A stretch of 64,000 nucleotides of DNA, from the NCBI GenBank assembly GCA_963739685.1, contig CAVUAX010000002.1:427062-491061 (forward strand), written 5' to 3'. Both the position numbers and the translations under genes were made by a program. Source of the DNA: an uncultured Bacteroidales bacterium (GTDB taxonomy: Bacteria; Bacteroidota; Bacteroidia; Bacteroidales; VadinHA17). Numbering within the stretch: the stretch's first letter is position 1; each line of letters begins with the position of its first letter. Positions 31,712 through 43,193 of the stretch are shown here, in pieces. The notes beneath the pieces are model-generated. The model made no database searches and was not told the DNA's origin. It was given only the letters and a program-made list of their open reading frames with translations.

Positions 31712-33157
31712 ATGAAAGCAAAAACATTATTTGACAAAATATGGGACAGCCATATGGTTCGTTCAATTGAAGACGGACCAGATGTACTTTATATCGACCG
31801 CCATTATATCCATGAAGTGACAAGTCCCCAGGCATTTAATGGCCTTAAGGAAAGGGGAATCGCGGTGTTTCGTCCCGACAATACCATTGCAACAGCCGAC
31901 CATAACATTCCTACAAAAGATCAGCATCTGCCGATAAGGGAAGAACTTTCAAGGAATACAGGTAGAGAGGCTGAATGAAAACTGCAGAATATGGTATCGA
32001 GCTATTTCGGACTTAATCATCCGAAAAATGGTATCGTTCATGTTATTGGGCCTGAACTTGGTTATACCCTTCCCGGTATGACAATAGTATGCGGTGACAG
32101 CCATACTTCAACACATGGGGCATTTCGGAACAATAGCATTTGGAATAGGAACAAGCGAGGTGGAAATGGTGCTTGCAACACAATGCATACTCCAGCCAAA
32201 ACCAAAAAAGATGAGGATCACTGTAAACGGCAATCTTCAAAAAGGGGTCACTTCAAAAGATATCATACATGTATATAATTTCTCGAGATATCAGCTGGTG
32301 GAGCCACAGGCTATTTTGTTGAATATTGCGGCTCGGCTATTGAAGCCTGAGCATGGAGGCAAGGATGACAATCTGCAATATGAGTATTGAGATGGGTGCC
32401 CGTGGAGGACTTATTGCTCCGGATGAAACTACATTTGGTTATTTACGTAAAATCCCATCAATTACAGGCATCAGCGATATTGAAAAATCTGTCGCAGCAC
32501 TGGAAAAATCTGAAAAGCGATCCGGATGCTGTATTTGATCAATGAACTGGTATTTGATGCCGGAGAAAATAAATCCAATGATAACATTATGGAACAAACC
32601 CGGGGATGGGAATGGCTATTGACGGCACAATCCCAGTAGCGGATAATCGAAATGCAGAAGCATCTGCATCATTTTAAAATCACTTGATTATATGGGATTA
32701 AAACCGGGAATGAAACTACTGGGGCATCCGATAGATTATGTATTTATAGGAAGTTGTACCAATGGAAGAATAGAAGATTTCAGAGCTTTTGCCAACTGAT
32801 AAAAGGCAGAAAAAAGGCACAGAATGTTACGGCACTGATTGTTCCCGGTTCAAAAAGAGTCGAGGAACAAGATGATTGCAGAGGGGCTGATAGAGATACT
32901 ATAAAAATGCAGGTTTTGAGGTGAGACAACCCGGTTGTTCTTCATGTCTGGCCATGAATGAAGATAAAATTCCGCCAGGTAAATATGCCGTTTCAACCTC
33001 AAACAGGAATTTTGAGGGAAGACAGGGGCCTGGAGCAAGAACATTGCTTGCAAGTCCGTTGACTGCTGCCGCTGCCGCAATAACCGGAAAGATCTCAGAT
33101 CCAAGGGAGTTTATTAATGAAAATCTAACATTAAAAAATCTGATATGCCAAAAGTAA
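31712..33157 (+). pseudogene. leuC: 3-isopropylmalate dehydratase large subunit, many frame disruptions
   Basis: [16 protein letters not shown]...[16 protein letters not shown] is followed by pieces in different frames. These include ...[71 protein letters not shown], and ...[34 protein letters not shown]. Confidence 0.88.
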
Positions 33158-33730
33158 ATTTGATATTACTGGAATCAACCTGCGTCCCGTTGCCTCTTGA
33201 AAATGTAGACACTGACCAGATTATACCTGCCAGGTTCTTAAGTGCTACATCCAGAGAAGGTTTTGGGAAGAACCTTTTCCGTGACTGGAGATACTGATAA
33301 ATCGGGAGAGTTAAATCAGGATTTCATACCTGAATAATCCAAAGTATTCGTGGTAAAATTCTTGTTGCAGGTAAAAATTTCGGAAGCGGTTCAAGCCGCG
33401 AACATGCCGTATGGGCAATATTTGATTATGGATTCAGAGCAGTAGTCTCAAGCTTTTTTGCTGATATCTTCATGAATAATTCTCTGAATAACGGTCTGCT
33501 TCCAATAGTGGTCCCTGATGAATTTCTCCATAAACTTCATAAGCTTATCATAAAGAAGCCTGAGACAATTATAAGAGATAGATCTTGAAAAACAACTTAT
33601 TTCAATATTGCCGGACAGGAAAATCAGCGGGTTTTGAAATCAATCCTTATAAAAAAGAGTGCCTGATAAAAGGACTTGATGATATAGATTTCCTTCTTGG
33701 CATGAAGGATCTTAATTACAGAATTATGAA
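33145..33730 (+). pseudogene. leuD: 3-isopropylmalate dehydratase small subunit, frame-disrupted
   Basis: Manual translation recovers ...[34 protein letters not shown]. Shifted pieces follow: ...[52 protein letters not shown]... and ...YKKECLIKGLDDIDFLL. Both ends are approximate. Confidence 0.8.
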
Positions 33731-33750
33731 ATCAAAAAAAGTAATACGTG

Positions 33751-35311
33751 ATGAGAGTTGAAATAATGGATACTACCCTGAGGGACGGGGAACAAACGCA
33801 GGGGGTGTCTTACACACCACTTGAAAAGCTCCATATAGCCAAACTTCTTCTTAAAGATCTAAGGTTGACAGGATTGAGGTGGCTTCAGCCCGCGTATCAA
33901 AAGGTGAATTTGAAGCCTTAAAGCAAGATAACCGAATGGGCCCGTCATAATAACCTTCACAGAAAAGTTGAAATGCTGGGATTTGTCGATGGAGATATTT
34001 CGCTGAACTGGATAAATGATGCAGGTGGAAAAGTGGTAAACCTTTTGTGCAAAGGATCATTGCGACATCTTGAAAAACAATTAAGAAAAACACCTGAGCA
34101 ACATGTAGATGAAATCAAAAAAATAGTTGAAAAAGCAACCGACCTTGATATGCATGTAAATATTTATCTCGAGGACTGGTCAAACGGAATGATCAACTCT
34201 GAAGAGTATGTTTTTTTCATGCTTGATTCCCTGAAAAATGAAAATATTATCAGATTCATGCTTGCCTGATACTCTCGGTATACTCAATCCGGACCAGACT
34301 TATGAATTCTGTAAAAGAGTTATTGACCGGTATCCCTCACTACATTTTGATTTTCATTCCCATAACGATTATGACCTGGCTGTAGCCAATGTATTTGCGG
34401 CAGTAAAAGCAGGTATAAAAGGAATACATACCACAGTAAACGGTCTTGGTGAAAGAGCAGGCAATGCTCCATTGTCAAGTGTTATAGGGGTACTCCGCGA
34501 TCAGCTTAAAGCTGAAACCGGTATTAATGAGTTTGAGATAACAAAAGCCAGCAAGATAGTTGAAACTTTCAGCGGAATAAGGGTTCCGGTTAATAAACCT
34601 GTTATCGGGGAGAATGTCTTTACACAGACTTCAGGGGTTCATGCAGATGGTGACAGCAAAGACAATCTGTATTTTAACAATCTGTTGCCTGAACGATTTG
34701 GAAGAAAAAGAAAATATGCCCTCGGCAAACAGTCAGGAAAAGCCACTATCAGAAAGAATCTTGAAGAATTTGGAATGTTCCTTAATCCTGAATCACTCAA
34801 TAAAGTTACCCAGAGGGTTATTGAACTGGGAGATAAAAAAGAAAATGTAACAACCGAGGACCTTCCCTTTATAATTGCTGATGTCCTTGGCAGTGACATA
34901 TTGAATTATAAGATATTCATTAAAAACTATTCTCTGTCACTCTCTTTTGGCCTTAATCCATTTGCAAGTGTTCAGATTGAAATTGATGGCAACCTTTACC
35001 AGGAAACCTCCTCCGGTGATGGTCAGTATAACGCTTTTATGAAAGCACTCCGGTTGATTTACGACCGTCTTGGAAAAGAATTGCCACGACTAACTGATTA
35101 CCAGGTATCAATACCTCCGGGAGGTAAAACTGATGCACTTGTAGAAACTATTATAACGTGGAATTATAACGAAAAGGAGTTCAAAACAAAAGGACTCGAT
35201 GCAGATCAGACCGAATCAGCTATTAAAGCAACAGAGAGAATGCTGAATATCGTTGAAGGACTTTATGATAAAGAAAACAAAAATGCTGTTGTAAACATGT
35301 CATCTAAATGA
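33751..35311 (+). pseudogene. Second LeuA/CimA-family synthase (citramalate-synthase-like), frame-disrupted in its 5' third
   Basis: [23 protein letters not shown]... then shifts (stop at about 33907). ORFs 33973-34269 and 34238-35311 continue the protein (…FHSHNDYDLAVANV…, GVHADGDSKDNLY, ALGKQSGKA). The last shift is at about 34265 (…IIRFML / PDTLGIL). Confidence 0.8.
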
Positions 35312-35433
35312 ATTCTTCAGGGTCTGATAATTACCATATGCATTTTCAGTTGATAAATATAAATAACACATTTCTTAATCAATTATAATACTTTAAATAT
35401 TTCAAATTTATAATTTAAAAAACCCAAAAAACT

Positions 35434-36495
35434 ATGCTAAATTCATACAAAATTGCAGTTATCCCTGGAGATGGTACCGGCCCGGAAGTTGTTACGGAAG
35501 GTAAAAAAGTGCTTAGTGCAGCTGCTTCTAAATTCGGATTCAAAATTGATTACGAAGAATTCGATTTTGGAGGAGAGCGTTACCTGAGAACAGGTGAGGT
35601 GCTTCCGGATTCTGTACCAGAACAATTGAAAAAGTTTGATTCTATTTTCCTGGGTGCCATAGGACATCCCGATGTCAAACCAGGTATCCTTGAAAAGGGG
35701 ATTCTCCTTAAACTGCGCTTTGAACTGGATCAATACATTAATCTTCGTCCCATCAAACTATACCCGGGAGTGGCCACCCCTCTCAAAGATAAAGGGCCAG
35801 AGCATATTGATTATGTAGTTGTACGGGAAAATTCGGGCGATGTTTATACAGGAATTGGTGGCATTACCATGAAAGGCACGCCGCACGAAATAGCCATACA
35901 GAATATGGTATATTCCAGGATGCAGGTTGACCGGTGCCTTCGATATGCTTTTGATTTTACAAGAAAAAGAAATAAAAGAAAGACACTGGCCCTTTGCGGA
36001 AAAACCAATGTCTTAACTTATGTTTTTGATCTGTGGGAGAGGGCATTTCATGAAATGGGGAACGCCGAATATCCGGATATTAAACGTGAATATTATCATG
36101 TCGATGCTACTGTCATGTGGATGGTAAAAAATCCTGAATGGTTCGATGTAATTGTTACAGGCAATATGTTTGGAGATATAATAACCGACCTCGGAGCAAT
36201 TACTCAGGGAGGAATGGGCATTGCGGCCGGTGGTAATATTAATCCTGAAGGTGTTTCAATGTTTGAACCAATAGGTGGATCAGCTCCAAAATATACAGGT
36301 AAAAATGTTATTAACCCGCTGGCTGCTGTTGCTTCCGGTGCCATGATGCTTGCTCATCTCGGCGAGGAAAAAGCTGCTCTTGCAATCGAAAACGCTATTA
36401 TGGATGTAACGGCTAATAAATTAAAAGATATGGGAGCTGGCAGGATGGGATATTCAACCACGGAGGTTGGTGATCTGGTCGCAGAAAGAGTTTAA
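35434..36495 (+). CDS. leuB: 3-isopropylmalate dehydrogenase
   Basis: 353 aa. It carries [14 protein letters not shown] and [12 protein letters not shown]...[11 protein letters not shown]. Confidence 0.92.
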   Translation: MLNSYKIAVIPGDGTGPEVVTEGKKVLSAAASKFGFKIDYEEFDFGGERYLRTGEVLPDSVPEQLKKFDSIFLGAIGHPDVKPGILEKGILLKLRFELDQYINLRPIKLYPGVATPLKDKGPEHIDYVVVRENSGDVYTGIGGITMKGTPHEIAIQNMVYSRMQVDRCLRYAFDFTRKRNKRKTLALCGKTNVLTYVFDLWERAFHEMGNAEYPDIKREYYHVDATVMWMVKNPEWFDVIVTGNMFGDIITDLGAITQGGMGIAAGGNINPEGVSMFEPIGGSAPKYTGKNVINPLAAVASGAMMLAHLGEEKAALAIENAIMDVTANKLKDMGAGRMGYSTTEVGDLVAERV

Positions 36496-36551
36496 TTTTT
36501 GAAAATATTACCAATTCTTGTTTTCATTTAATGTATTTATCAGTTTTTTAT

Positions 36552-36559
36552 TATCTTTG
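36552..36559 (+). promoter_or_regulatory. -7 promoter box (TAnnTTTG) for the his unit
   Basis: The sequence is tatctttg, 17 nt upstream of the his leader ATG. Confidence 0.5.
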
Positions 36560-36576
36560 TTTTTATATTTTTAAAA

Positions 36577-36636
36577 ATGAATTACAGAACAGTACAGCAT
36601 CATCATTTTCATTCTTGCTTTCAGGCGAGGAGATAA
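36577..36636 (+). promoter_or_regulatory. his leader peptide ORF
   Basis: atg aat tac aga aca gta cag cat cat cat ttt cat tct tgc ttt cag gcg agg aga taa encodes MNYRTVQHHHFHSCFQARR. Four of five consecutive codons are His. Confidence 0.75.
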
Positions 36637-36664
36637 ATGATATGTGTATTTATAAATATCATAA

Positions 36665-36694
36665 ACCCGTCTGAGCAGATCAGTCGGGTTTTTT
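36665..36694 (+). terminator. Attenuator terminator upstream of hisG
   Basis: acccgtctga gcaga tcagtcgggt forms a 10-position stem with one T-T mismatch, followed by T6. tcaggcg (36620-36626, inside the leader 3' end) can pair with cgtctga of the 5' arm as an alternative structure. Confidence 0.7.
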
Positions 36695-36734
36695 CTTTAA
36701 CTGACAGGTCGCTTGGACACAACAAAAAACAAAT

Positions 36735-37592
36735 ATGAGTCAACTTAAAATCGCAATTCAAAAAAACGGAAGATTGAGTGATAACTCAAAGAAACTTCTG
36801 GAAGAGTGTGGTATAAAAATTTCAAACGGAGTGAGTGTTCTTAAGTCTGTGGCAACTAATTTTCCTGTTGAAATCCTATTTCTCCGTGATGACGACATAC
36901 CTCAATATGTTGAACAGCAGGTTGCAGATATAGGTATACTTGGAGAGAACATGATTTACGAAAAAAATAAGGATGTCACAATTCTTGACCAGCTCGGGTT
37001 TGCACATTGTCGTCTGAGCCTCGCTATACAAAAAGAGGAATCTTACAACGGTCCGGAATTCTTCATGAACAAAAAGATTGCAACCAGTTACCCCAGGCTT
37101 TTATCAGATTACTTAACGAAGAATAATATTATTGCTGAAATAGAAGAAATCAGCGGAAGTGTTGAGATAGCTCCGGGCATAGGCCTGGCTGATGCTGTTT
37201 GTGATATAGTTAGCTCGGGCAGTACATTGCTTACTAACGGATTACGTGAGGTGGTTACAATTCTGAAGAGTCAGGCTGCAATTATTGCTAACAGGAAACT
37301 GGATGATGAGAAGCAAAAAATTCTGGACCGGCTTCTGTTCCGCATAAGGGCGGTTAAGAGCGCCAAAGAGAACAAATATATTCTGTTGAATGCACCTGAG
37401 ACAGCTATATCAAAAATATGTGAAATTCTCCCCGGTATGAAAAGTCCGACCATCCTGCCTCTTGTTGAAAAAGGATGGTGCAGCCTCCATTCAGTTGTTA
37501 AGGAGGATCAGTTCTGGGAAAGGATAGATCAGCTCAGAAATGCAGGTGCTGAAGGGATACTGGTTATTCCAATAGAGAAAATGATATTATAA
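36735..37592 (+). CDS. hisG: ATP phosphoribosyltransferase (long form)
   Basis: 285 aa. It starts LKIAIQKNGRLSD and carries DIVSSGSTL. It is the first gene of the colinear his operon. Confidence 0.92.
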   Translation: MSQLKIAIQKNGRLSDNSKKLLEECGIKISNGVSVLKSVATNFPVEILFLRDDDIPQYVEQQVADIGILGENMIYEKNKDVTILDQLGFAHCRLSLAIQKEESYNGPEFFMNKKIATSYPRLLSDYLTKNNIIAEIEEISGSVEIAPGIGLADAVCDIVSSGSTLLTNGLREVVTILKSQAAIIANRKLDDEKQKILDRLLFRIRAVKSAKENKYILLNAPETAISKICEILPGMKSPTILPLVEKGWCSLHSVVKEDQFWERIDQLRNAGAEGILVIPIEKMIL

Positions 37593-38881
37593 TGAAGACA
37601 CTCACATCCCCACCGAAAGAAACCTGGGATGTTCTTTGCAGACGTCCACAGATTGATAAGTCAGACCTGGATAATACTGTCAGAACAATTCTGAACAGGG
37701 TTAAATCAGAAGGAGACAGAGCTTTGCTTGATTATGCCATTAAGTATGACAGAATATTAATTTCTGATATAAAAGTTTCACAACCGGAATCAGATGAATC
37801 GGTCAGTTTAGTTCCTGAGAGTTTAAAAACCGCAATAAGTCTGGCAAAAGAGAACATCGAGAAATTTCATCTGACCCAGCTCGTTCAGGAACAGGTTGTT
37901 GAAACAGTTCCGGGTGTGAAATGCTGGAGAAAAAATGTTCCCGTAGAGAAGGTTGGAATATATATCCCCGGCGGCAGTGCCCCACTCTTTTCAACAGTTC
38001 TTATGCTGGCTATACCGGCAAAAATTGCTGGTTGCAGTCAGATAGTGATGTGCACCCCTCCCGGAAAGGATGGGAAAGTAAATCCTCTGATCCTTTACAC
38101 AGCCAGGGTTGCAGGAGTGACAGAGATCTTTAAAACAGGAGGAGCCCAGGCAATTGCTGCCATGGCTTATGGCACTCAAAGCATTCCCAGGGTTTATAAA
38201 ATTTTTGGCCCTGGTAATCAGTATGTTACAAAAGCAAAAGAGATTGTTCAAAGTGAGGGTACTGCAATTGACATTCCCGCCGGACCCAGCGAAGTATTAG
38301 TTATCGCCGATGCAAATGCCAATCCGGTATTTGTTGCAGCAGACCTTCTTTCCCAGTCTGAGCATGGACCTGACAGCCAGGTTGTACTTGTTACTGACAA
38401 TCCGGATATAATTGAAAAAGTGACAGGGGAACTTGAAAAGCAGTTACAGGAACTACCCAGGAAAGAGATCGCCGGACTGGCATTAAAGAACAGTTTTTCA
38501 GTAATATTGGATTCATTGGAAGAGTGCATGGAATTCAGCAATTTGTACGCTCCTGAGCATCTCATAATTAACACGGCTGATGCAGCGGTACTTGCAGGAA
38601 AAGTAATAAATGCCGGCTCGGTATTTATCGGGAAATACAGTTGTGAAAGTGCGGGTGATTATGCCTCCGGAACAAATCACACTCTGCCTACAAATGGTTT
38701 TGCCAGAAGTTTCGCTGGCGTCTCAACCGAAAGCTTTATAAAGAAAATAACCTTTCAGGAGATTGACTCGGAGGGAATTACTGCACTGGGACCATCAATT
38801 GAACTGATGGCGGAAGCGGAGTTACTTGCAGGTCACAGTAACGCGGTCAACGTCAGGTTAAACAGTATAAAAAATGGTTGA
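37592..38881 (+). CDS. hisD: Histidinol dehydrogenase
   Basis: 429 aa. It carries ...SQSEHGPDSQ... and ...YASGTNHTLPT.... The start overlaps the hisG stop by 1 nt. Confidence 0.93.
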   Translation: MKTLTSPPKETWDVLCRRPQIDKSDLDNTVRTILNRVKSEGDRALLDYAIKYDRILISDIKVSQPESDESVSLVPESLKTAISLAKENIEKFHLTQLVQEQVVETVPGVKCWRKNVPVEKVGIYIPGGSAPLFSTVLMLAIPAKIAGCSQIVMCTPPGKDGKVNPLILYTARVAGVTEIFKTGGAQAIAAMAYGTQSIPRVYKIFGPGNQYVTKAKEIVQSEGTAIDIPAGPSEVLVIADANANPVFVAADLLSQSEHGPDSQVVLVTDNPDIIEKVTGELEKQLQELPRKEIAGLALKNSFSVILDSLEECMEFSNLYAPEHLIINTADAAVLAGKVINAGSVFIGKYSCESAGDYASGTNHTLPTNGFARSFAGVSTESFIKKITFQEIDSEGITALGPSIELMAEAELLAGHSNAVNVRLNSIKNG

Positions 38882-39905
38882 TGTCAATAAATTAGTAAGG
38901 GAAAACGTAAGATCACTTGTCCCCTATTCTTGTGCCAGGGATGAGTTCAAGGGAGACGAAGGCATCTTTATGGATGCCAATGAAAACCCTTTCGGGAATC
39001 TGAACAGGTATCCTGATCCTTATCAGAATGACCTTAAAAAAGCTATAGGCAAATTTAAAGGTACCGGAGAGAATAAGATATTCCTTGGAAACGGAAGTGA
39101 TGAAATTATAGACCTGGTTTTCAGGATTTTCTGCAATCCGGGAGGCGATAAGGCGCTTATTTTCACTCCTACCTACGGAATGTATGAAGTTTCTGCAGCA
39201 ATTAATGATATTTCGTTAATACGAATTCCACTTGATAAAAACTTTCAGATAAACATAAATGATGTAAAAATTTGGCTTTCTGATAAAAGCCTAAAACTGA
39301 TTTTCATCTGTTCCCCAAATAATCCCACCGGAAATTGTATGAACAACCAGGTAATAGAACAGATCATTTCAGATTTTAATGGAATTGTAATAATAGATGA
39401 AGCTTATATCGATTTTACGGAAAAACCTTCTTTCATAAGGCTGATTGACAAGTATTCAAACCTTGTTGTCATGCAGACTTTCAGTAAAGCGATGGGACTA
39501 GCTGCAGTTAGGGTGGGAATGGCTTTTGCGAATCCTGATATCATAAGCTATTTCAACAAGATGAAACCTCCCTACAATATTAGTACCATTAACCAGAGAA
39601 CCGCTCTCCGGAAATTGGCTAAAACAGGAGAGTTCAGAGAACAGGTAAACAAAATTATAAAGGAACGGGAAAGATTGTCAGAAAAACTGAGAAAAATAGC
39701 TATTACCGAGATGGTTTATCCTTCAGATTCAAACTTCCTGCTTGTCAGGGTGAAGGATGCTGATGCAATTTATAAAACACTTGTAAACAAAGGAATAGTT
39801 GTAAGAAATCGCAACACTATTGTAAAAAACTGTCTCAGGGTTACCGTCGGGAAAAGAAATGAAAATAACAGGTTTCTAAAGGTTTACAAAAGTATTAAAG
39901 TATGA
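38874..39905 (+). CDS. hisC: Histidinol-phosphate aminotransferase
   Basis: 343 aa. It carries ...NENPFG..., ...SPNNPTGN..., and [14 protein letters not shown] (PLP lysine). It overlaps hisD by 8 nt. Confidence 0.9.
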   Translation: MVDVNKLVRENVRSLVPYSCARDEFKGDEGIFMDANENPFGNLNRYPDPYQNDLKKAIGKFKGTGENKIFLGNGSDEIIDLVFRIFCNPGGDKALIFTPTYGMYEVSAAINDISLIRIPLDKNFQININDVKIWLSDKSLKLIFICSPNNPTGNCMNNQVIEQIISDFNGIVIIDEAYIDFTEKPSFIRLIDKYSNLVVMQTFSKAMGLAAVRVGMAFANPDIISYFNKMKPPYNISTINQRTALRKLAKTGEFREQVNKIIKERERLSEKLRKIAITEMVYPSDSNFLLVRVKDADAIYKTLVNKGIVVRNRNTIVKNCLRVTVGKRNENNRFLKVYKSIKV

Positions 39906-40990
39906 AGAAAGTACTCTTTATTGACAGGGATGGCACAATTATTCCTGAACCAGCCGACGAACAGGTTGACACATTTGAAAAGCTCAGTTTTATCCCTGGA
40001 GTTATTACCGCATTATCAACAATTGCCAGGGAAACTGATTTCGAACTGGTTATGGTAACAAACCAGGATGGGCTGGGAACCGAATTATTCCCGGAAGAGA
40101 CCTTCTGGCCGGGTCAAAACAAAATGCTTCAAATTCTTGAAGGGGAAGGTGTAAAATTCGCTGAAATTTTTATTGACAGGACTTTCGAGTCGGAAAATGC
40201 TCCTACCCGTAAACCGGGAACAGCTCTTCTGGTTAAATATCTTGCAAATGGCATTGATCTTCAAAATTCATTTGTTATTGGTGACAGGCTAACGGATGTT
40301 GAACTGGCAAAAAACCTGGGATGTAAAGCTATCTTATTCGGCAACAGGCGATCTGATGAGGCTGATTTAAATACTAATGACTGGAATGAAATTTATAAGT
40401 ATCTGAAATCAATACTACGTAAAGCACGTAAGGTAAGAAAGACAAAAGAGACTGATATCCAGGTCGAAATTAATCTTGATGGTAAAGGAAAAAGCAAAAT
40501 CAGGACAGGGATAGGATTCTTCGATCACATGCTTGAACAGATTGCAAGACATAGTAACATTGATCTGACAATTGAGGCCACAGGCGATTTGAATGTTGAT
40601 GAACACCATACTATAGAAGATGTTGCAATTTGTCTGGGTGAAGCATTATTGAAAGCACTTGGCAGTAAAAAGGGGATTGAACGTTACAGCTTTGTCCTTC
40701 CAATGGATGATTCGCTTGCGCAGGTTGCACTGGATCTGGGCGGGAGATCCTGGCTGGTTTGGGATGCTGAATTTAAAAGTCCAAATGTTGGTGAAATGCC
40801 TTCAGAGATGTTTTTCCATTTCTTCAAGTCATTCAGTGACAGCGCAAAATGTAATCTGAATATTAAGGCAGAGGGAGAAAATGACCATCACAAGGCCGAA
40901 GCAATTTTCAAAGCATTTGCAAAAGCATTAAAACAGGCAATCAGACAATCTGATAACTTTGAGTTACCATCTACAAAAGGTAGTTTATGA
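39902..40990 (+). CDS. hisB: Bifunctional histidinol-phosphatase / imidazoleglycerol-phosphate dehydratase
   Basis: 362 aa. The N-terminal HAD domain starts [10 protein letters not shown]. The C-terminal IGPD domain carries [18 protein letters not shown]...[11 protein letters not shown]...[13 protein letters not shown]. Confidence 0.93.
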   Translation: MKKVLFIDRDGTIIPEPADEQVDTFEKLSFIPGVITALSTIARETDFELVMVTNQDGLGTELFPEETFWPGQNKMLQILEGEGVKFAEIFIDRTFESENAPTRKPGTALLVKYLANGIDLQNSFVIGDRLTDVELAKNLGCKAILFGNRRSDEADLNTNDWNEIYKYLKSILRKARKVRKTKETDIQVEINLDGKGKSKIRTGIGFFDHMLEQIARHSNIDLTIEATGDLNVDEHHTIEDVAICLGEALLKALGSKKGIERYSFVLPMDDSLAQVALDLGGRSWLVWDAEFKSPNVGEMPSEMFFHFFKSFSDSAKCNLNIKAEGENDHHKAEAIFKAFAKALKQAIRQSDNFELPSTKGSL

Positions 40991-41565
40991 TAGCAATCTT
41001 AAAATATAACGCCGGGAATATCAGGTCGGTCCGGAATGCATTGACAAGGCTCGGATATAAAAGTGTTATAACCGATGAGAAGGATGAAATTATTAAAGCC
41101 ACAAAAGTAATTTTCCCGGGGGTTGGTGAAGCAAGTTCTGCAATGAAATATCTGAAAGAGAGAGAACTTGATAAGGTTATAACATCTCTGAAGCAACCTG
41201 TTCTTGGTATATGTCTGGGTTTACAACTTATGTGCAGCTATAGTGAAGAGGGCGATACAGAATGCCTTAAGATATTTGACGCTGATGTAAAACTTTTCCC
41301 CCGGGTTGATAAAGTACCTCACATGGGATGGAATAATTTCTTCTCTCTGAGAGGTGATCTGTTTAAAGGTGTGAGCCTCAAAGATGACGTATATTATGTA
41401 CATAGCTATTATGCAGAGATTTCTCGCTCCACGGTAGCCACATGCGACTATATTTTACCCTTCAGCGCTGCTATGCAGAAAGACAACTTTTATGCAACCC
41501 AGTTTCATCCCGAAAAATCTGCCGTCATTGGGGAACATATCCTTAAAAACTTTCTGGAGCTATGA
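40987..41565 (+). CDS. hisH: Imidazole glycerol phosphate synthase, glutamine amidotransferase subunit
   Basis: 192 aa. It carries [19 protein letters not shown] and QFHPEKS. Confidence 0.92.
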   Translation: MIAILKYNAGNIRSVRNALTRLGYKSVITDEKDEIIKATKVIFPGVGEASSAMKYLKERELDKVITSLKQPVLGICLGLQLMCSYSEEGDTECLKIFDADVKLFPRVDKVPHMGWNNFFSLRGDLFKGVSLKDDVYYVHSYYAEISRSTVATCDYILPFSAAMQKDNFYATQFHPEKSAVIGEHILKNFLEL

Positions 41566-42275
41566 GAATAATTGTTGCTATTGATATTATAGACGGTAAA
41601 TGTGTACGACTTACCCGTGGCGATTACGGAACAAAAAAAATATATAATAAGAATCCTCTAGAGGTTGCTAAAGAGATAGAGGGTAGCGGGATAAATTATC
41701 TCCACCTTGTCGATCTTGATGGGGCAAAGAACAAAAAGATAACCAATTACAAGGTACTTGAACTGATCTCTTCAAAAACAGACTTAAATATTGACTTTGG
41801 AGGAGGAATCAGGTCTGATGAAGACATTAAAATTGCTTTCAGTTCAGGAGCCAGACAGGTAACCGGAGGCAGTGTTGCAGTTGCAAGTCCTTCCGTTTTC
41901 CTTGAATGGCTCGCCACTTATGGTAATGAAAGAATAATTCTCGGTGCAGACTGCATCAACAGGAAAATTGCGACTAACGGGTGGTCAGAAAAGTCGGATG
42001 AGGATATCTTAAGTTTCATCTCAGGATATTGGACTAAAGGGGTAAAGTATACGATTTGCACTGATGTGGATAAGGATGGGATGATGAAAGGGCCGGCTAC
42101 GGATTTGTATAAAGAAATACTAAATTCGGTAAGCATCAGCCTTATTGCAAGCGGTGGCATCACTTCTGTTAAAGACATAGAAGATCTGAAAGAGTCCGGT
42201 TGTGAAGGTGCTATAATAGGGAAAGCTGTTTATGAAGGGAAAATCACCTTAAAAGAATTAAGAAGATTATGTTAA
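41562..42275 (+). CDS. hisA: ProFAR isomerase
   Basis: 237 aa. It carries [24 protein letters not shown] and GGGIRS. Confidence 0.92.
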   Translation: MRIIVAIDIIDGKCVRLTRGDYGTKKIYNKNPLEVAKEIEGSGINYLHLVDLDGAKNKKITNYKVLELISSKTDLNIDFGGGIRSDEDIKIAFSSGARQVTGGSVAVASPSVFLEWLATYGNERIILGADCINRKIATNGWSEKSDEDILSFISGYWTKGVKYTICTDVDKDGMMKGPATDLYKEILNSVSISLIASGGITSVKDIEDLKESGCEGAIIGKAVYEGKITLKELRRLC

Positions 42276-43024
42276 AAAGACGAATTATTCCCTGTCTTGA
42301 TATAAGAGACGGGAGGACAGTTAAGGGAATAAATTTTATAAATATTAAAGATGCCGGTGATCCGGTAGATCTGGCTAAATTATATGTTGAACAGGGTGCT
42401 GATGAACTTGTTTTTCTTGATATCACCGCCACTATTGAAAACCGTAAAACTCTTGCTGAACTTGTTAAAAGAATCGCTGCAGAGATAAATATTCCTTTCA
42501 CCGTCGGGGGCGGAATAAACAGTGTTGATGATGTGGCTCTTCTTATTAAGGCAGGAGCTGATAAGGTAACTGTTAACTCTGCAGCGGTCAGAAGACCTGA
42601 ACTTATCTCTGAAATTGCCAGAGAGTTTGGCAGCCAGTGTGTTGTCGTCGCAATCGACACCAATATTTCTGATAAAAACTGGATTGTATTTCTGGACGGG
42701 GGCCGTACACCGGTTCAGCTTAAGACTATTGACTGGGCTATAAGGAGCTCAGAACTGGGAGCAGGAGAAATCCTATTAACATCAATGAAAAATGATGGCA
42801 CAAAATCGGGATTCTCAATTGACATCACAGCTGAAGTAAGCCGCCATGTAAATATCCCGGTTATTGCTTCGGGAGGCGCAGGTTTGATGGAACATTTCAG
42901 GGATGTTTTCTTCAATACCGGTTGCAGCGCAGCTCTGGCAGCAAGTATCTTCCACTATGGTGAAATTGATATCAGAACACTTAAGGAATACCTTGTAAAT
43001 GAACATATTGCAGTGAGATTATAA
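42269..43024 (+). CDS. hisF: Imidazole glycerol phosphate synthase, cyclase subunit
   Basis: 251 aa. It carries [26 protein letters not shown] and VGGGI. Confidence 0.93.
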   Translation: MLKRRIIPCLDIRDGRTVKGINFINIKDAGDPVDLAKLYVEQGADELVFLDITATIENRKTLAELVKRIAAEINIPFTVGGGINSVDDVALLIKAGADKVTVNSAAVRRPELISEIAREFGSQCVVVAIDTNISDKNWIVFLDGGRTPVQLKTIDWAIRSSELGAGEILLTSMKNDGTKSGFSIDITAEVSRHVNIPVIASGGAGLMEHFRDVFFNTGCSAALAASIFHYGEIDIRTLKEYLVNEHIAVRL

Positions 43025-43026
43025 TG

Positions 43027-43193
43027 CCCCCCTGCCCCCCTAAAGGGGGGTTAAGTCAGAGAGGTCAGAAAGGAATTTTAGCCCCACTATTGGGGGTTAA
43101 CTCGAAGTGGTCAGTGAGAAATTTTAGCCCCCCTTCAGGGGGTGTGGGGGGCAAAAACAGAAGGGGGTTGGGGGGCAAAAAAAGCAGGGGGGG
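43027..43193 (+). repeat. G/C-run structured tandem element between hisF and hisIE
   Basis: There are three C-run/G-run hairpins (43035-43050, 43082-43096, 43128-43142). They are separated by two 31-nt units (43051-43081 ttaagtcagagaggtcagaaaggaattttag; 43097-43127 ttaactcgaagtggtcagtgagaaattttag; 24/31 identical). Four G-runs of 5-7 follow (43146-43193), and two C6 runs precede (43027-43040). Confidence 0.8.

Noticed and set aside
31169-31978. Apparent LeuA C-terminus to LeuC N-terminus fusion ORF (269 aa) with no stop between the two genes
   Set aside because: It lies inside the indel-dense block. The leuA stop is probably lost to a nearby frame error (an alternative frame gives ...AKNN*). 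The 43-codon linker has no domain-like character and contains a small hairpin (ccttcggaagg) typical of an intergenic spacer.
43027-43193. Possible mini-CRISPR array
   Set aside because: There are only two or three repeat units. The variable parts are 4-6-nt hairpin loops rather than 30-nt spacers. No cas genes are present, and the element lies inside an operon.
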